64,000 nucleotides of DNA from Candidatus Methanomethylicia archaeon (GCA_029259155.1 JAPDJI010000020.1:67572-131571); one strand, 5' to 3'. Positions 19,975-29,039 are shown, numbered from the stretch's first letter. Translations and numbers: made by a program. Notes: generated from the sequence alone by a model not told the origin.

Positions 19975-20695
19975 ATGGGCGAAAGCCCTATGCTACCCTC
20001 GCTGTAGCGAAGAAGAGCTGAAAGCCAGGTTAAGGGAGCTTGAAGAGCTCGGCGTCGAGGAGCTCTTGGAGGAAGGTAGATCTTCCATAGACGGCCTTAA
20101 AGTGCTAGGGAAAGGCTGCGTAGGCGTAGTAGTCGTGGCGGTGGCTAGAGGAGCTAAGTTGGCCCTCAAGGCCAGGAGGACAGACGCTGATAGGGAAAGC
20201 TTGTTGAGGGAGGCAGAAATGTTGAAGGTAGCTAACAGCTTAGGGATAGGCCCTAGATTGATAGGAGCTACGAGGAACTTTCTAGCCACCGAGCTCATTG
20301 AAGGAGAGGTCATAGAGGAATGGTTTCAATGTAATCCAGACGCCAGTGAGCTTATAAGAGTCATGAGGGAGCTGCTTTGGCAGTGTTTTAAGCTCGATCA
20401 AGCTGGGCTTGACCATGGAGAGCTCTCGAGGGCAGGAAGACATATACTAGTGTCGAAGAGCGGCGCCCCTGTCATCGTGGATTTTGAGAGCGCTAGCCTA
20501 CATAGGAAGCCTAGGAACGTTACCTCACTATGCCAATACTTTCTCATTAGAGGACGGGCTGCAGAGAGGGTAGTCGAGGCTTTAGGCTTAAGCGATGAGG
20601 ATAAGCGAAGAGTGTTAAGGCTGCTTCGTGACTATAAGAGGGGAGCGAGCGAAGCTTCATTGAAAGCGCTGCTTAGAGGTCTCAAGCTAACCTAA
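19955..20695 (+). CDS. Atypical Ser/Thr kinase (RIO-like, COG2112)
   Basis: LGKGCVGVV, ALK.RR.D, HGELS and IVDFESAS..RKP.NVT motifs. Confidence 0.82.
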   Translation: MKINVAKWAKALCYPRCSEEELKARLRELEELGVEELLEEGRSSIDGLKVLGKGCVGVVVVAVARGAKLALKARRTDADRESLLREAEMLKVANSLGIGPRLIGATRNFLATELIEGEVIEEWFQCNPDASELIRVMRELLWQCFKLDQAGLDHGELSRAGRHILVSKSGAPVIVDFESASLHRKPRNVTSLCQYFLIRGRAAERVVEALGLSDEDKRRVLRLLRDYKRGASEASLKALLRGLKLT

Positions 20696-20755
20696 TGGGC
20701 TCGTTGGTACTTTCCGCTCATCACTCTTCAGCAAGGCGCTTCAACTCATCGCCCA
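20696..20755 (-). ncRNA. Box C/D guide sRNA (candidate)
   Basis: Minus strand reads TGG-GCGATGA(C)-GTTGAAGCGCCTTG-CTGA(D')-AGA-GTGATGA(C')-GCGGAAAGTACCA-ACGA(D)-GCCCA, with a TGGGC/GCCCA terminal stem and TTTTAAG ~22 nt upstream. Confidence 0.75.
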
Positions 20756-20784
20756 GCTAAAGCTATCCAAACACCCTTAAAACC

Positions 20785-21078
20785 TTACAGCTTCCTCCTA
20801 GCCACAAACTTCTTCGCCCGCCCCTCCCTCAACGTGTACCTATAGCCACCTATCACTGCTGAGCCACCTATGTTTCGGAGAGCTTCAATTAGCTTAATGG
20901 GAGCTTCGTCAGCGAATATCCATTCACCCTCACCGCTAGGGTATTCACGCCAATTAAGCGTATCAAGCTCTTGAGGGCTTGGAGGCGCGGCTCGTCCCTT
21001 AAGGAGGGCCAAGATTTCATCTAGCTTACGCTCGATCCTACTCAAACGTTCCTCCAAGCTCATTCGAGGTCCACTCAT
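20785..21078 (-). CDS. Hypothetical protein with N-terminal coiled coil
   Basis: Clean 97-aa ORF filling the intergenic space; TTTATA upstream. Confidence 0.65.
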   Translation of the reverse strand: MSGPRMSLEERLSRIERKLDEILALLKGRAAPPSPQELDTLNWREYPSGEGEWIFADEAPIKLIEALRNIGGSAVIGGYRYTLREGRAKKFVARRKL

Positions 21079-21186
21079 AGGGTTAAGGTGTCAACCAGCT
21101 ATAAAGCCTAGGTCAGCGCTAACATAAATTGAGTTAAGGAAGCCCTTAGAAGAAGCGTTTTTAACTCCCACTCCACACCAAGTTGA

Positions 21187-21327
21187 GGGGCCGTCGTCTA
21201 GCTTGGATTAAGATGCCAGCCTGGGGGGTATCCCCCACCAAGCTAGGGGCACCCGGAGCGCTGGTGATCCCGGGTTCAAATCCAACGCGGGCGCATCCCC
21301 GCGTCGGTGAAAATCCCGGCGGCCCCA
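21187..21327 (+). tRNA. tRNA-Pro(GGG) with two introns (21227-21258 at 37/38; 21281-21313 at 59/60); CCA not encoded
   Basis: Acceptor GGGGCCG/CGGCCCC-A, anticodon stem CCAGC/GCTGG with loop CT-GGG-GC after splicing, T arm CCGGG-TTCAAAT-CCCGG after splicing; both introns form bulge-helix-bulge motifs. Confidence 0.93.
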
Positions 21328-21414
21328 CTTTACTTCCATCACTAGGTTTAAGCAAGGTTACAATAAGGTGAGCGGTTAGCTTCCCTATGCAGGGAAACTA
21401 GGCAGAGAATCCTC

Positions 21415-22200
21415 TTATATTAAAGAAGAGCTAGGGGTGGGCTCCTCTGGAATGATGACCACTCTCTCTGAAAAGTTCAAGACTTTAACCTTCACTCCGT
21501 AAACAGACTCTATGTTGCATGGCGTTAGTACCTCAGGCCCGCCTGCAGCGAAAACTTTCCCTTTGATGAGCATTACCACCTTGTCGCTGTACATCGCCGC
21601 GATGTTCAAGTCATGTATAGCCATAACCACTGATATATCCCTTTCCTTCGCCAGCCTCCTCACCATGTCCATGACCTCGAGCTGATGTCTAATATCAAGG
21701 TTACTCGTAGGCTCATCAAGCAGAAGCACCTCCGGCTCCACGGCCAGGGCTCTCGCTATAAGCACCTTCTGCCACTCTCCTCCGCTGAGCTCCCTGATGT
21801 CTCTCGTAGCCAGCTCTTTAAGCCCTAGAGCCTCTATTTTATCGGAGACGATCTTTAAGTCCCTGGAGCTAGGGCTCCAGTCCACGTAGGGTCTCCTACC
21901 CATCAACACCATCTCAAAGACCGACATGGGGAAGTGGGCTCTCTCAGATTGAGGTACAAGGCCTATCTTCCTCGCCACCTCCCCTCTGCTTAACGCATTA
22001 ATGTCCTTTCCATCCACTAGGATTGTTCCAAGCCTCGGTCTCAGCATCCTGTCTATACACCTAAGTAGCGTGCTCTTACCAGACCCATTCGGACCAATAA
22101 TACTTAGTATCTCCCCACCCTTCACGGTGAGGCTTACATCCTCTAATACAGGGGTACTGTCGTAACTGAATGAAACCCCTTTAACCTCCAGCCTGACCAT
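21415..22200 (-). CDS. Iron-chelate/cobalamin ABC transporter ATPase (FepC/BtuD-like)
   Basis: GPNGSGKS, LSGGE, LLLDEPT..LD..HQ and HDLN motifs. Confidence 0.93.
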   Translation of the reverse strand: MVRLEVKGVSFSYDSTPVLEDVSLTVKGGEILSIIGPNGSGKSTLLRCIDRMLRPRLGTILVDGKDINALSRGEVARKIGLVPQSERAHFPMSVFEMVLMGRRPYVDWSPSSRDLKIVSDKIEALGLKELATRDIRELSGGEWQKVLIARALAVEPEVLLLDEPTSNLDIRHQLEVMDMVRRLAKERDISVVMAIHDLNIAAMYSDKVVMLIKGKVFAAGGPEVLTPCNIESVYGVKVKVLNFSERVVIIPEEPTPSSSLI

Positions 22201-22206
22201 CTCGTT

Positions 22207-23298
22207 TCACCAAAAGTCCTTCTTCCTCCTAATTAACAGGTAGAAGAAGAGAGGAGTACCCATGAAAGAGGTGACTATACCTACGGGAAGTACCATGGGT
22301 GATATTATCGTCCTCGCAACGGTGTCCGCGGCTAGGAGTAGGACCGCCCCCATGAGGCATGAAGCCGGGATAAGGAACCTGTGGTCTCCACCAATAACCA
22401 TCCTGGTCATGTGTGGAGCCACCAGCCCGATGAAGCCTATGGTCCCAAGGAAGCACACAGGGATAGCTGTCAGCAACGATGATAACACGATACCCGCAAG
22501 CCTCACCAGCTCAACATCCACTCCAAGGCTCCTAGCTCCCTCGTCACTAATAAGGAGAGCGTTGAGATCCCAGGAGAACTTGAGGATCAACACCGCGGTT
22601 ATTGAAACAGCCGTAACCGACACTACGCTTAGCCTCCACCACGTAGCTTTAGAGAGGCTTCCGAAGAGCCAAAACACCACGGCGGTTACAGCTTCAGGAG
22701 TCGCAAAGTATTGAAGGAGCGCGGTCCCTGCAGAGAACAGATACATCATTGCTATCCCTGATAGGATCATGGTTTCTGGACGGGCGCCCCTAAACTTCGC
22801 TAAGCCCATGACCACGAGCGACGGGATCAAGGCAAAGATGAAGGCGTTGACTGCTACTAGCCATTCGTTGGTGTACGTGACCCCTCTATACGTGATGATG
22901 CCTGCTCCAAGAATAATAGCTAACGCAGCTCCGAAGCCAGCACCAGAAGCCACCCCAAGCGTGTAGGGGCTTGCGAGAGGATTCCTTAACACGCTCTGCA
23001 TCACGACCCCAGCTACGGCAAAGGCTGCTCCAGCAACGACAGCCATGAAAATCCTTGGAAGCCTTAGCTCCCATACAATGAGCTGGACGAGGCTTGGACA
23101 CGAAAACGATGGAATAAGCCTAGAGAGAAGCGCGTGGAGGACGTCGTTTACGCCTATAGAGGCTGTGCCGAGAGAGGCTGAGAGAGGTATTAAGATAAGT
23201 AGGAGGACGATGAGGAGGACGATGAAGCATGTCCTCCTCCACGTAAGCCTCAAATACTTCTCTGTTGCGTCCGTGCTTTTCACAGCCACCGTCCACAC
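22207..23298 (-). CDS. FecCD/BtuC-family ABC permease
   Basis: RLPR, RNPLASPYTLGV..GA, A.SLGV and IGFIGLVAPH motifs. Confidence 0.94.
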   Translation of the reverse strand: MWTVAVKSTDATEKYLRLTWRRTCFIVLLIVLLLILIPLSASLGTASIGVNDVLHALLSRLIPSFSCPSLVQLIVWELRLPRIFMAVVAGAAFAVAGVVMQSVLRNPLASPYTLGVASGAGFGAALAIILGAGIITYRGVTYTNEWLVAVNAFIFALIPSLVVMGLAKFRGARPETMILSGIAMMYLFSAGTALLQYFATPEAVTAVVFWLFGSLSKATWWRLSVVSVTAVSITAVLILKFSWDLNALLISDEGARSLGVDVELVRLAGIVLSSLLTAIPVCFLGTIGFIGLVAPHMTRMVIGGDHRFLIPASCLMGAVLLLAADTVARTIISPMVLPVGIVTSFMGTPLFFYLLIRRKKDFW

Positions 23299-23335
23299 CT
23301 AGTCATGGTCGAAGTGAGGGCTCAATGACGCGTTG

Positions 23336-24487
23336 CTAAGCGCTGACGCCTCTGAACGTACCCTGCTTAAAGGAGGTAGTCTCCGTGAACGGAGGATAGG
23401 CGTAAACGCCGCGATACTCTACTCCAAGCCATAGCTCAAAGTAATCCCTGAGGACCACCTCTGGGTCTACGTCTTGGAACCTTTCAGGGTAGAACCACTT
23501 GGCTAAGTACAACTCACCTATAAAGGTCCTCATCCCTCCTAGCAGCTTACTATTCACGATGTAGACTCTACCATTCTTCACGGCGTTCGTCTCCATCAGC
23601 TCGAGCCTATTGCACGTGTCCTCCCAGAGCTGCTCCATACCTGCATAGTCCTCGACGCTATACCCAGAGACCCTTCCATAGTCCGCGATCACTATCACGT
23701 CAGGGTTCTGTTCAAGAACCCACTCAGCTGAGACCTCAGGGTAAGAGACGTTGAAGCCCTCAGCTATATTGATGCCTCCAGCTGCGACTATAGCTTGATG
23801 TGTAGCTGAGCCTTGAGAAAACGTCTTCCACTGCCTGCTGCCAAACTCCACGTAGACTTTAACCTTCTCCTCGGGCTGCAAGTCCATTAACCTATCTTCA
23901 ACCATATCCATCATGCTCCGCTTCCATGAAATGAAGCTGCTAGCTACGTCCTCCCTCTCGAGGATCATAGCCAGTTTAGTGAGGTCGGAGTCGAAGGTTT
24001 CAGGCTTGTAGAAGTCTAGCCTCACCACAGTGATGTTGAAGGGGGTAAGCATCTCCTCAAGCTCGCTACCAGGCCACCTAGCATAGGAGATCACGATCTG
24101 TGGCTTTAGCTCAGCGATCGCCTCATAGTTAGGGTCTCTCCACGACCCTACGGTGGTTAAGTTCTCCATGTGAAGGTAATCCTTCGACGCTACGGTGTCC
24201 GAAACGCCCACTATTCTATCTCGAGAGCCTAAGATACACATAGCCTCAGCAGCATCAGTGTTGAGGACCACTACTCTCTCCACTGGCAGCGTCACTGTAA
24301 CGTTTCTTCCCGCGGAGTCCGTGATCGTAACTGTCTTAACACCTTCTATCCCCTCCTCCGAAGGGCCGCCCATGAACGTAGGCGCAGCTAAGATTAAAGC
24401 CGCAGCCACCAAGACAACTATGACGAAGGCCACCAGCGAGACTTGAAGGGTTGTTAAAGCCTTCCTACTACGCGCGCGCAAGGCCAT
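23336..24487 (-). CDS. Iron-chelate/cobalamin ABC substrate-binding protein
   Basis: N-terminal TM anchor, ITDSAGR.V, PNYEAI..LKP, AGG.NIA and AVKNGRVY motifs. Confidence 0.9.
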   Translation of the reverse strand: MALRARSRKALTTLQVSLVAFVIVVLVAAALILAAPTFMGGPSEEGIEGVKTVTITDSAGRNVTVTLPVERVVVLNTDAAEAMCILGSRDRIVGVSDTVASKDYLHMENLTTVGSWRDPNYEAIAELKPQIVISYARWPGSELEEMLTPFNITVVRLDFYKPETFDSDLTKLAMILEREDVASSFISWKRSMMDMVEDRLMDLQPEEKVKVYVEFGSRQWKTFSQGSATHQAIVAAGGINIAEGFNVSYPEVSAEWVLEQNPDVIVIADYGRVSGYSVEDYAGMEQLWEDTCNRLELMETNAVKNGRVYIVNSKLLGGMRTFIGELYLAKWFYPERFQDVDPEVVLRDYFELWLGVEYRGVYAYPPFTETTSFKQGTFRGVSA

Positions 24488-24540
24488 CCACCGACACTCC
24501 TACCTCACGCTTTGCGCAGTGTAGTGCCGGAGGTTATTTA

Positions 24541-24569
24541 AGTGTTACTGATTAAAATTAAATAACACT
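24541..24569. promoter_or_regulatory. Palindromic operator AGTGTTA-N15-TAACACT adjoining the TATA box of the ABC importer operon
   Basis: Perfect 7-bp inverted repeat with AT-rich spacer; on the minus strand it is followed directly by a TATA-like TTAAATA. Confidence 0.6.
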
Positions 24570-24638
24570 GGACTTCGGCGCAGGGGCCTATGAACATTAT
24601 ACCCAGCTAGTGCTGCTCCGAGAAAAGCAGGGTACCGA

Positions 24639-25250
24639 TCAATGAAGCTCCCTAGAAAACATGTTCCCTTGAAAGGGCGGACGAAGAAGCCTTAGAGAAG
24701 CGGACGAAAGCATAAATAGCGCGGCTACGATCAATGTAGCCGCTAAAGTTTCTGGAATAGCTAAGCCGCTCCACGGAAAAAGCCAAGGTATCCCTGAGCT
24801 TAGCGATAAGAGAAGTATTGTAAGGCCTGTCTTAGGAAACTTTGTCCAAATAAGACCTATACCTATGACGATAAGGGAAATCGGGGTCAAGGCGAAGAAG
24901 CCTAGCGACACATAGAAATGAATTCTTCCGGCAGTCTCGGGGAAAAGCCCTATCGAAGACAGCAGTAGAGAAGATAGTAGGAGTAGGACGGATCCGACCC
25001 TGAGAAGACCGGCGGAGCGGTAAAGGTTCAACAACCCTAAACTGAAGACCACGCCCAAGAGGCCGCTGAAGATTAGGCCTGAATTAAAAATCAAGGCTGA
25101 AACCCCTTCAACTCCCAGGTCGCTCAACGCATTATTCCCCCAGTTAAACCAAGGCGAGGCGGCTATCGCCAACGCTATTGACGAGAAAGCAAAGAACGGC
25201 AATATAATGCCGCAGAGCAGCGCGGCTTTGATAAACCTAACATTATTCAA
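24639..25250 (-). CDS. DUF998 family membrane protein
   Basis: PWFNW..NALSDLG, FNSGLI, GLFPE..G.IH and GLAIPE motifs. Confidence 0.85.
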   Translation of the reverse strand: MNNVRFIKAALLCGIILPFFAFSSIALAIAASPWFNWGNNALSDLGVEGVSALIFNSGLIFSGLLGVVFSLGLLNLYRSAGLLRVGSVLLLLSSLLLSSIGLFPETAGRIHFYVSLGFFALTPISLIVIGIGLIWTKFPKTGLTILLLSLSSGIPWLFPWSGLAIPETLAATLIVAALFMLSSASLRLLRPPFQGNMFSRELH

Positions 25251-25269
25251 ACCGAATACCTCAGGTACC

Positions 25270-25905
25270 TTACAGAAGTTCTACTTGGACATCCCTCTTC
25301 TTACTAAAACCACATATATGTCTATACTCGCACCACTCGCATTCCTCCGATCCCCATAAAGGGAAGCTATGTTCCCAACGCTTAATGTGAGACGCGACGT
25401 CTAGGTCTACCTCTATAGGCACCTCGATGATATCGGTGGGGGTTATGAAGAGTATGGATGCGTGCTTAGCTTCGGTAAGCCACTTATACAACGCTACTTG
25501 GCACGTATACACCTTATCAACCCTCTCCACCCTCCTAGTCGAGTACTTGATGTCTATCACCTTCACCGGCGCTCCGTCCTCGTAAACCACGACGTCCGGG
25601 TGTCCAACAACCCTATAACCCTCCACCTCCTTAACGAACTCGCGTTCAATGAGCACTGAAGCATCCCGGTAGATCTTAGCTAATGCCTGAAACACGCCTT
25701 GATGTATAAGCTCGCCTATCATGAGCCTTGGGTGCCACCGTCTCAGCTCAGCCACCTGCTCCTTAACCGCGTCGAAGTCACCACGCTTCTTACACTGTGC
25801 CAGCTCATGGACTAGGATGTCCTGGTTCCTTCGCTTAGCGTACTTGGAGCTCATTAAGTTGTACAGGTAGTTACGTAGATCGCGGCCTACGATGAGGTCG
25901 CTCAA
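25270..25905 (-). CDS. Solo Cas4-like PD-(D/E)XK nuclease with 4-Cys Fe-S motif
   Basis: N-terminal C (LAQCKKR), GELIH, GHPD, IDIK, QVALY and C-terminal CEWCEYRHIC. Confidence 0.8.
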   Translation of the reverse strand: MSDLIVGRDLRNYLYNLMSSKYAKRRNQDILVHELAQCKKRGDFDAVKEQVAELRRWHPRLMIGELIHQGVFQALAKIYRDASVLIEREFVKEVEGYRVVGHPDVVVYEDGAPVKVIDIKYSTRRVERVDKVYTCQVALYKWLTEAKHASILFITPTDIIEVPIEVDLDVASHIKRWEHSFPLWGSEECEWCEYRHICGFSKKRDVQVELL

Positions 25906-26046
25906 AGCGCTCTCCAGTTAAAGTTCCTTGAAGCGAGCTTTAAACCTAGCTGGAGCTTCCACCCCCTCACGGAGAAAACGACCAATCATGCTGCAAGCCT
26001 AACGCCAGTGAAAGAGATAATACGGTGATTGAAGCGTCTCTGACAC

Positions 26047-26541
26047 ATGCAGGAAAAGCTTCTCGAGGCCTATAGGAACCTGGCTTTAGCCTATAGCTAT
26101 GGCTGGTGGAGGACGCTAGCTTTAACCATCAAGAAGTATGGGTGGGGGCTCGTGGAGGATGAAGAATGGCCTAGACTTGCCAGAAGCTTCGGCTTGAAGG
26201 AGGCTCGAGGCATACTTAAAGTATTACCTACGCTCCACAAAGTTGACCTTGTAGCGGAGGCCTTGAAGCTGTCGCACTGGGCCCTATTCGAGAAGGTAGA
26301 CATCGAAGTGGACGGCTCGAAGGTTAAGATGAGGGTTTATGAATGTTCAGCTAGGAAGTCGCTGGCTAAGTGGAGGCTTGAGGATTATAGATGCGAAGTA
26401 TTCACGTCGGCTGCCCTTGAAGGGTTCATGGAGGCGTTAGGGGTTAAAGCCAAGATAATACGTGTTTATGGACCCCCCGACCCCTTGCCCGCATACGCGC
26501 CTAAAGGAGCGTCGTGTGAATGGTTAGTTGAAGTAAGCTAA
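26047..26541 (+). CDS. V4R/DUF6125-like small-ligand or metal-binding protein
   Basis: Three spaced Cys (ECSAR, YRCE, SCEW) and PPDP..CEW C-terminus. Confidence 0.6.
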   Translation: MQEKLLEAYRNLALAYSYGWWRTLALTIKKYGWGLVEDEEWPRLARSFGLKEARGILKVLPTLHKVDLVAEALKLSHWALFEKVDIEVDGSKVKMRVYECSARKSLAKWRLEDYRCEVFTSAALEGFMEALGVKAKIIRVYGPPDPLPAYAPKGASCEWLVEVS

Positions 26542-27635
26542 TCGTTTTTGAGAGGCCAGTAAGGGGATAACACGGTCTTAATCCTCCTCAACAACCCATC
26601 CACATAGCTCTTAACCGAGGGCTGTGTGTGGGTTGCGGCTTCCCTGAAGGGAGGAGGGTGGCCAGCAAAAGCAGCTATGGTGTTGGCGGCACACTTAGGG
26701 ATATACTTTAAGTTATAACCGCCCTCCAGTACAGCCACAAGCCTCCCTGAACAGTGTCTATGGGCTAGCTCCACCACTAGCTTGGCTATCTCGTAGTAAC
26801 CTTGAGCGCTCAGCTTTAAAGCACCCAGCTGGTCTTGACGATGAGCGTCGAAGCCCACAGAAGCCACGATGAATTCAGGAGCGTAAGCCTCAACTATTGG
26901 AGGCAAAATCTCACTCAGCGCATACAGGTACACGTCGTCCCCTACCCCAGGGGGGAGGGGCAGGTTTATGTTGAAGCCTTCGCCCTCGCCCTCACCTACC
27001 TCATCAAAGCTGCCGGTGCCCGGGTAGATAGTCCTGCCGTCTTGGTGGACCGAGAAGTACAATACTTCTCGGCTTTGATAGAAGAGGTCCTGCGTCCCAT
27101 TACCGTGATGGACATCCCAATCGACGATCAACACCCTCCTTAACCCCTTATCCTTCAATAGATGGGCTGCCAGTAGCGCAGCGTTGTTGAATAGGCAGAA
27201 GCCCATGGCTTCGTCCCTAGTGGCGTGATGTCCCGGCGGACGGATGAGGCAGAAGGCGTTCGTCAACTTACCGTCCATGACTAGGTCGCCTGCCCTGAAA
27301 ACTCCACCGACGGCCAGTAGGGCTACGTTAAAAGAGTCCGGTGAAGTGACGGTGTCCGAGTCTAGGTAGCCTCCCTTGACGCTAGCCTTCTCCACCTTCT
27401 CTATGAGGGCGGGTGAATGGACGTAGAGAAGCTTCTCAGGGTCGAGGCGTATTGGCTTAACTAGCTTAAGCTCGGCTCGCTCTATGAGCGAGGACTCCTT
27501 CAAGGCCTTAACTATCGCTATTAACCTAGCCCCTCTCTCAGGATGATCCTTGCCGGTGTCGTGTTTAAGGAATGCACGACTATAGATAATCCCTGTGGAG
27601 GGCACGTGAAAACACCTTGACCTTGAGGAGGGCAA
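26538..27635 (-). CDS. Histone deacetylase-family (class II/AcuC-like) deacetylase
   Basis: HPE, RPPGHHA, GFCLFNN, DWDVHHGNGTQ, GFDAH and LEGGY motifs. Confidence 0.94.
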   Translation of the reverse strand: MPSSRSRCFHVPSTGIIYSRAFLKHDTGKDHPERGARLIAIVKALKESSLIERAELKLVKPIRLDPEKLLYVHSPALIEKVEKASVKGGYLDSDTVTSPDSFNVALLAVGGVFRAGDLVMDGKLTNAFCLIRPPGHHATRDEAMGFCLFNNAALLAAHLLKDKGLRRVLIVDWDVHHGNGTQDLFYQSREVLYFSVHQDGRTIYPGTGSFDEVGEGEGEGFNINLPLPPGVGDDVYLYALSEILPPIVEAYAPEFIVASVGFDAHRQDQLGALKLSAQGYYEIAKLVVELAHRHCSGRLVAVLEGGYNLKYIPKCAANTIAAFAGHPPPFREAATHTQPSVKSYVDGLLRRIKTVLSPYWPLKND

Positions 27636-27686
27636 AGAGAGCTAAAATGTTTTACCCCTGTGAGAAGAAGTTAGAGAGGGAATTTT

Positions 27687-29039
27687 ATGCCTATCCTACC
27701 CATAGACACTGGGCGTTACGGTAGCCCTGAAATAAGAAAAGTGTTCGATGAGGAGGCTAGGCTTCAAAGGTTTCTAGACGTGGAGGCTGCGCTGGCGAAG
27801 GCCCACGCGGAGCTGGGCAACATTCCCGCAGAGGCTGCCGAGGAGATAGCTTCGAAGGCTAACGTTAACTACGTGAAGCTGGAAAGGGTCAAGGAGATTG
27901 AGGCTAGGATAAAGCACGATCTTATGGCTGTAGTAGAGGCCTTAGAGGAGGTTTGCGGGCCTCACGGCAGATTCGTGCACTTTGGAGCTACGAGCTACGA
28001 CATAGAAGACACCGCCACCGCTCTCCAGCTTAAAGAGGCTTTGGAGATCATCGAGGCCAGGATGCTCGAGGTTGTGAAGGAGCTCCTACGGCTGACCGAG
28101 GAGCACGCTGAGACAGTGATGGTTGGTAGGACCCATGGACAGCACGCCCCACCTATAACGCTCGGCTTCAAGTTTGCCGTGTGGCTTAGGGAAATGGCTA
28201 GACACGTAGAGAGGCTTAAGCAGGTCAGGGAGAGGGTGCTCGTCGGGAAGATGTCAGGGGCGGTCGGGACGATGGCCGGGTTTGGGCCTAAAGCCTTAGA
28301 GCTTCAACGCAGGGTTATGGAGATACTTGGCTTAAAGCCAGCTGAGATCTCCACGCAGATTGTTCAGCGGGACCGCTATGCCGAGCTCATCTCGCTCTTC
28401 GCCTTGATAGCCTCAAGCCTAGACAAGTTCGCCACGGAGATACGCAACCTACAGAGGCCGGAGATAATGGAGGTGGCGGAGGGCTTCGAGGCTGAGCAGG
28501 TGGGGAGCTCGACGATGCCTCACAAACAAAACCCGATTACCTGCGAGCGTATATGTAGCTTAGCTAAGCTCGTGAGGGGGCTCGTAGTACCAGCCTACGA
28601 GAACATCCCGCTCTGGCATGAAAGAGATCTAACCAACAGCGCTTCAGAGCGCTTCTTAATACCTGAAAGCTGCATCCTCCTCGAAGAGATGTTGAGGAGC
28701 ACGGTGAGCGTGCTTAGAGGCTTAAGGATATACCCAGACAACATGAGGAAGAACTTGGAGCTGACTCAGGGAAGGATCTTAAGCGAGGCTGTTATGTTAG
28801 CCATGGTAAAGAAAGGAGTGCCGAGGAAACAGGCGCATGAAAAGTTCCGTCGACTCTCAGCTAAATCCATGCTTGAGAAACGAACGCTTCTAGAGGTGGC
28901 TCTCGAAGACCCTGAAGTGTCGAGGCTACTAAGCCGCGAAGAATTGGAGAGGCTGTTAAACGCTGAAGAATACCTAGGAATGTCCGTGAAGCTAGCAAGA
29001 GACATGGTGGAGCTCACAAGGAAAGAGCTGGGACTATGA
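27687..29039 (+). CDS. purB: Adenylosuccinate lyase
   Basis: HFGATSYD, GRTHGQHA, GSSTMPHKQNP and HERDLTNS motifs. Confidence 0.96.
   Translation: MPILPIDTGRYGSPEIRKVFDEEARLQRFLDVEAALAKAHAELGNIPAEAAEEIASKANVNYVKLERVKEIEARIKHDLMAVVEALEEVCGPHGRFVHFGATSYDIEDTATALQLKEALEIIEARMLEVVKELLRLTEEHAETVMVGRTHGQHAPPITLGFKFAVWLREMARHVERLKQVRERVLVGKMSGAVGTMAGFGPKALELQRRVMEILGLKPAEISTQIVQRDRYAELISLFALIASSLDKFATEIRNLQRPEIMEVAEGFEAEQVGSSTMPHKQNPITCERICSLAKLVRGLVVPAYENIPLWHERDLTNSASERFLIPESCILLEEMLRSTVSVLRGLRIYPDNMRKNLELTQGRILSEAVMLAMVKKGVPRKQAHEKFRRLSAKSMLEKRTLLEVALEDPEVSRLLSREELERLLNAEEYLGMSVKLARDMVELTRKELGL

Noticed and set aside
21161-21371. Two short ORFs (64 and 62 aa) in the ORF track
   Set aside because: They overlap the intron-containing tRNA-Pro and are spurious
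21281-21414. Integrated element at the tRNA 3' end
   Set aside because: No duplicated tRNA 3' segment and no integrase seen in the window
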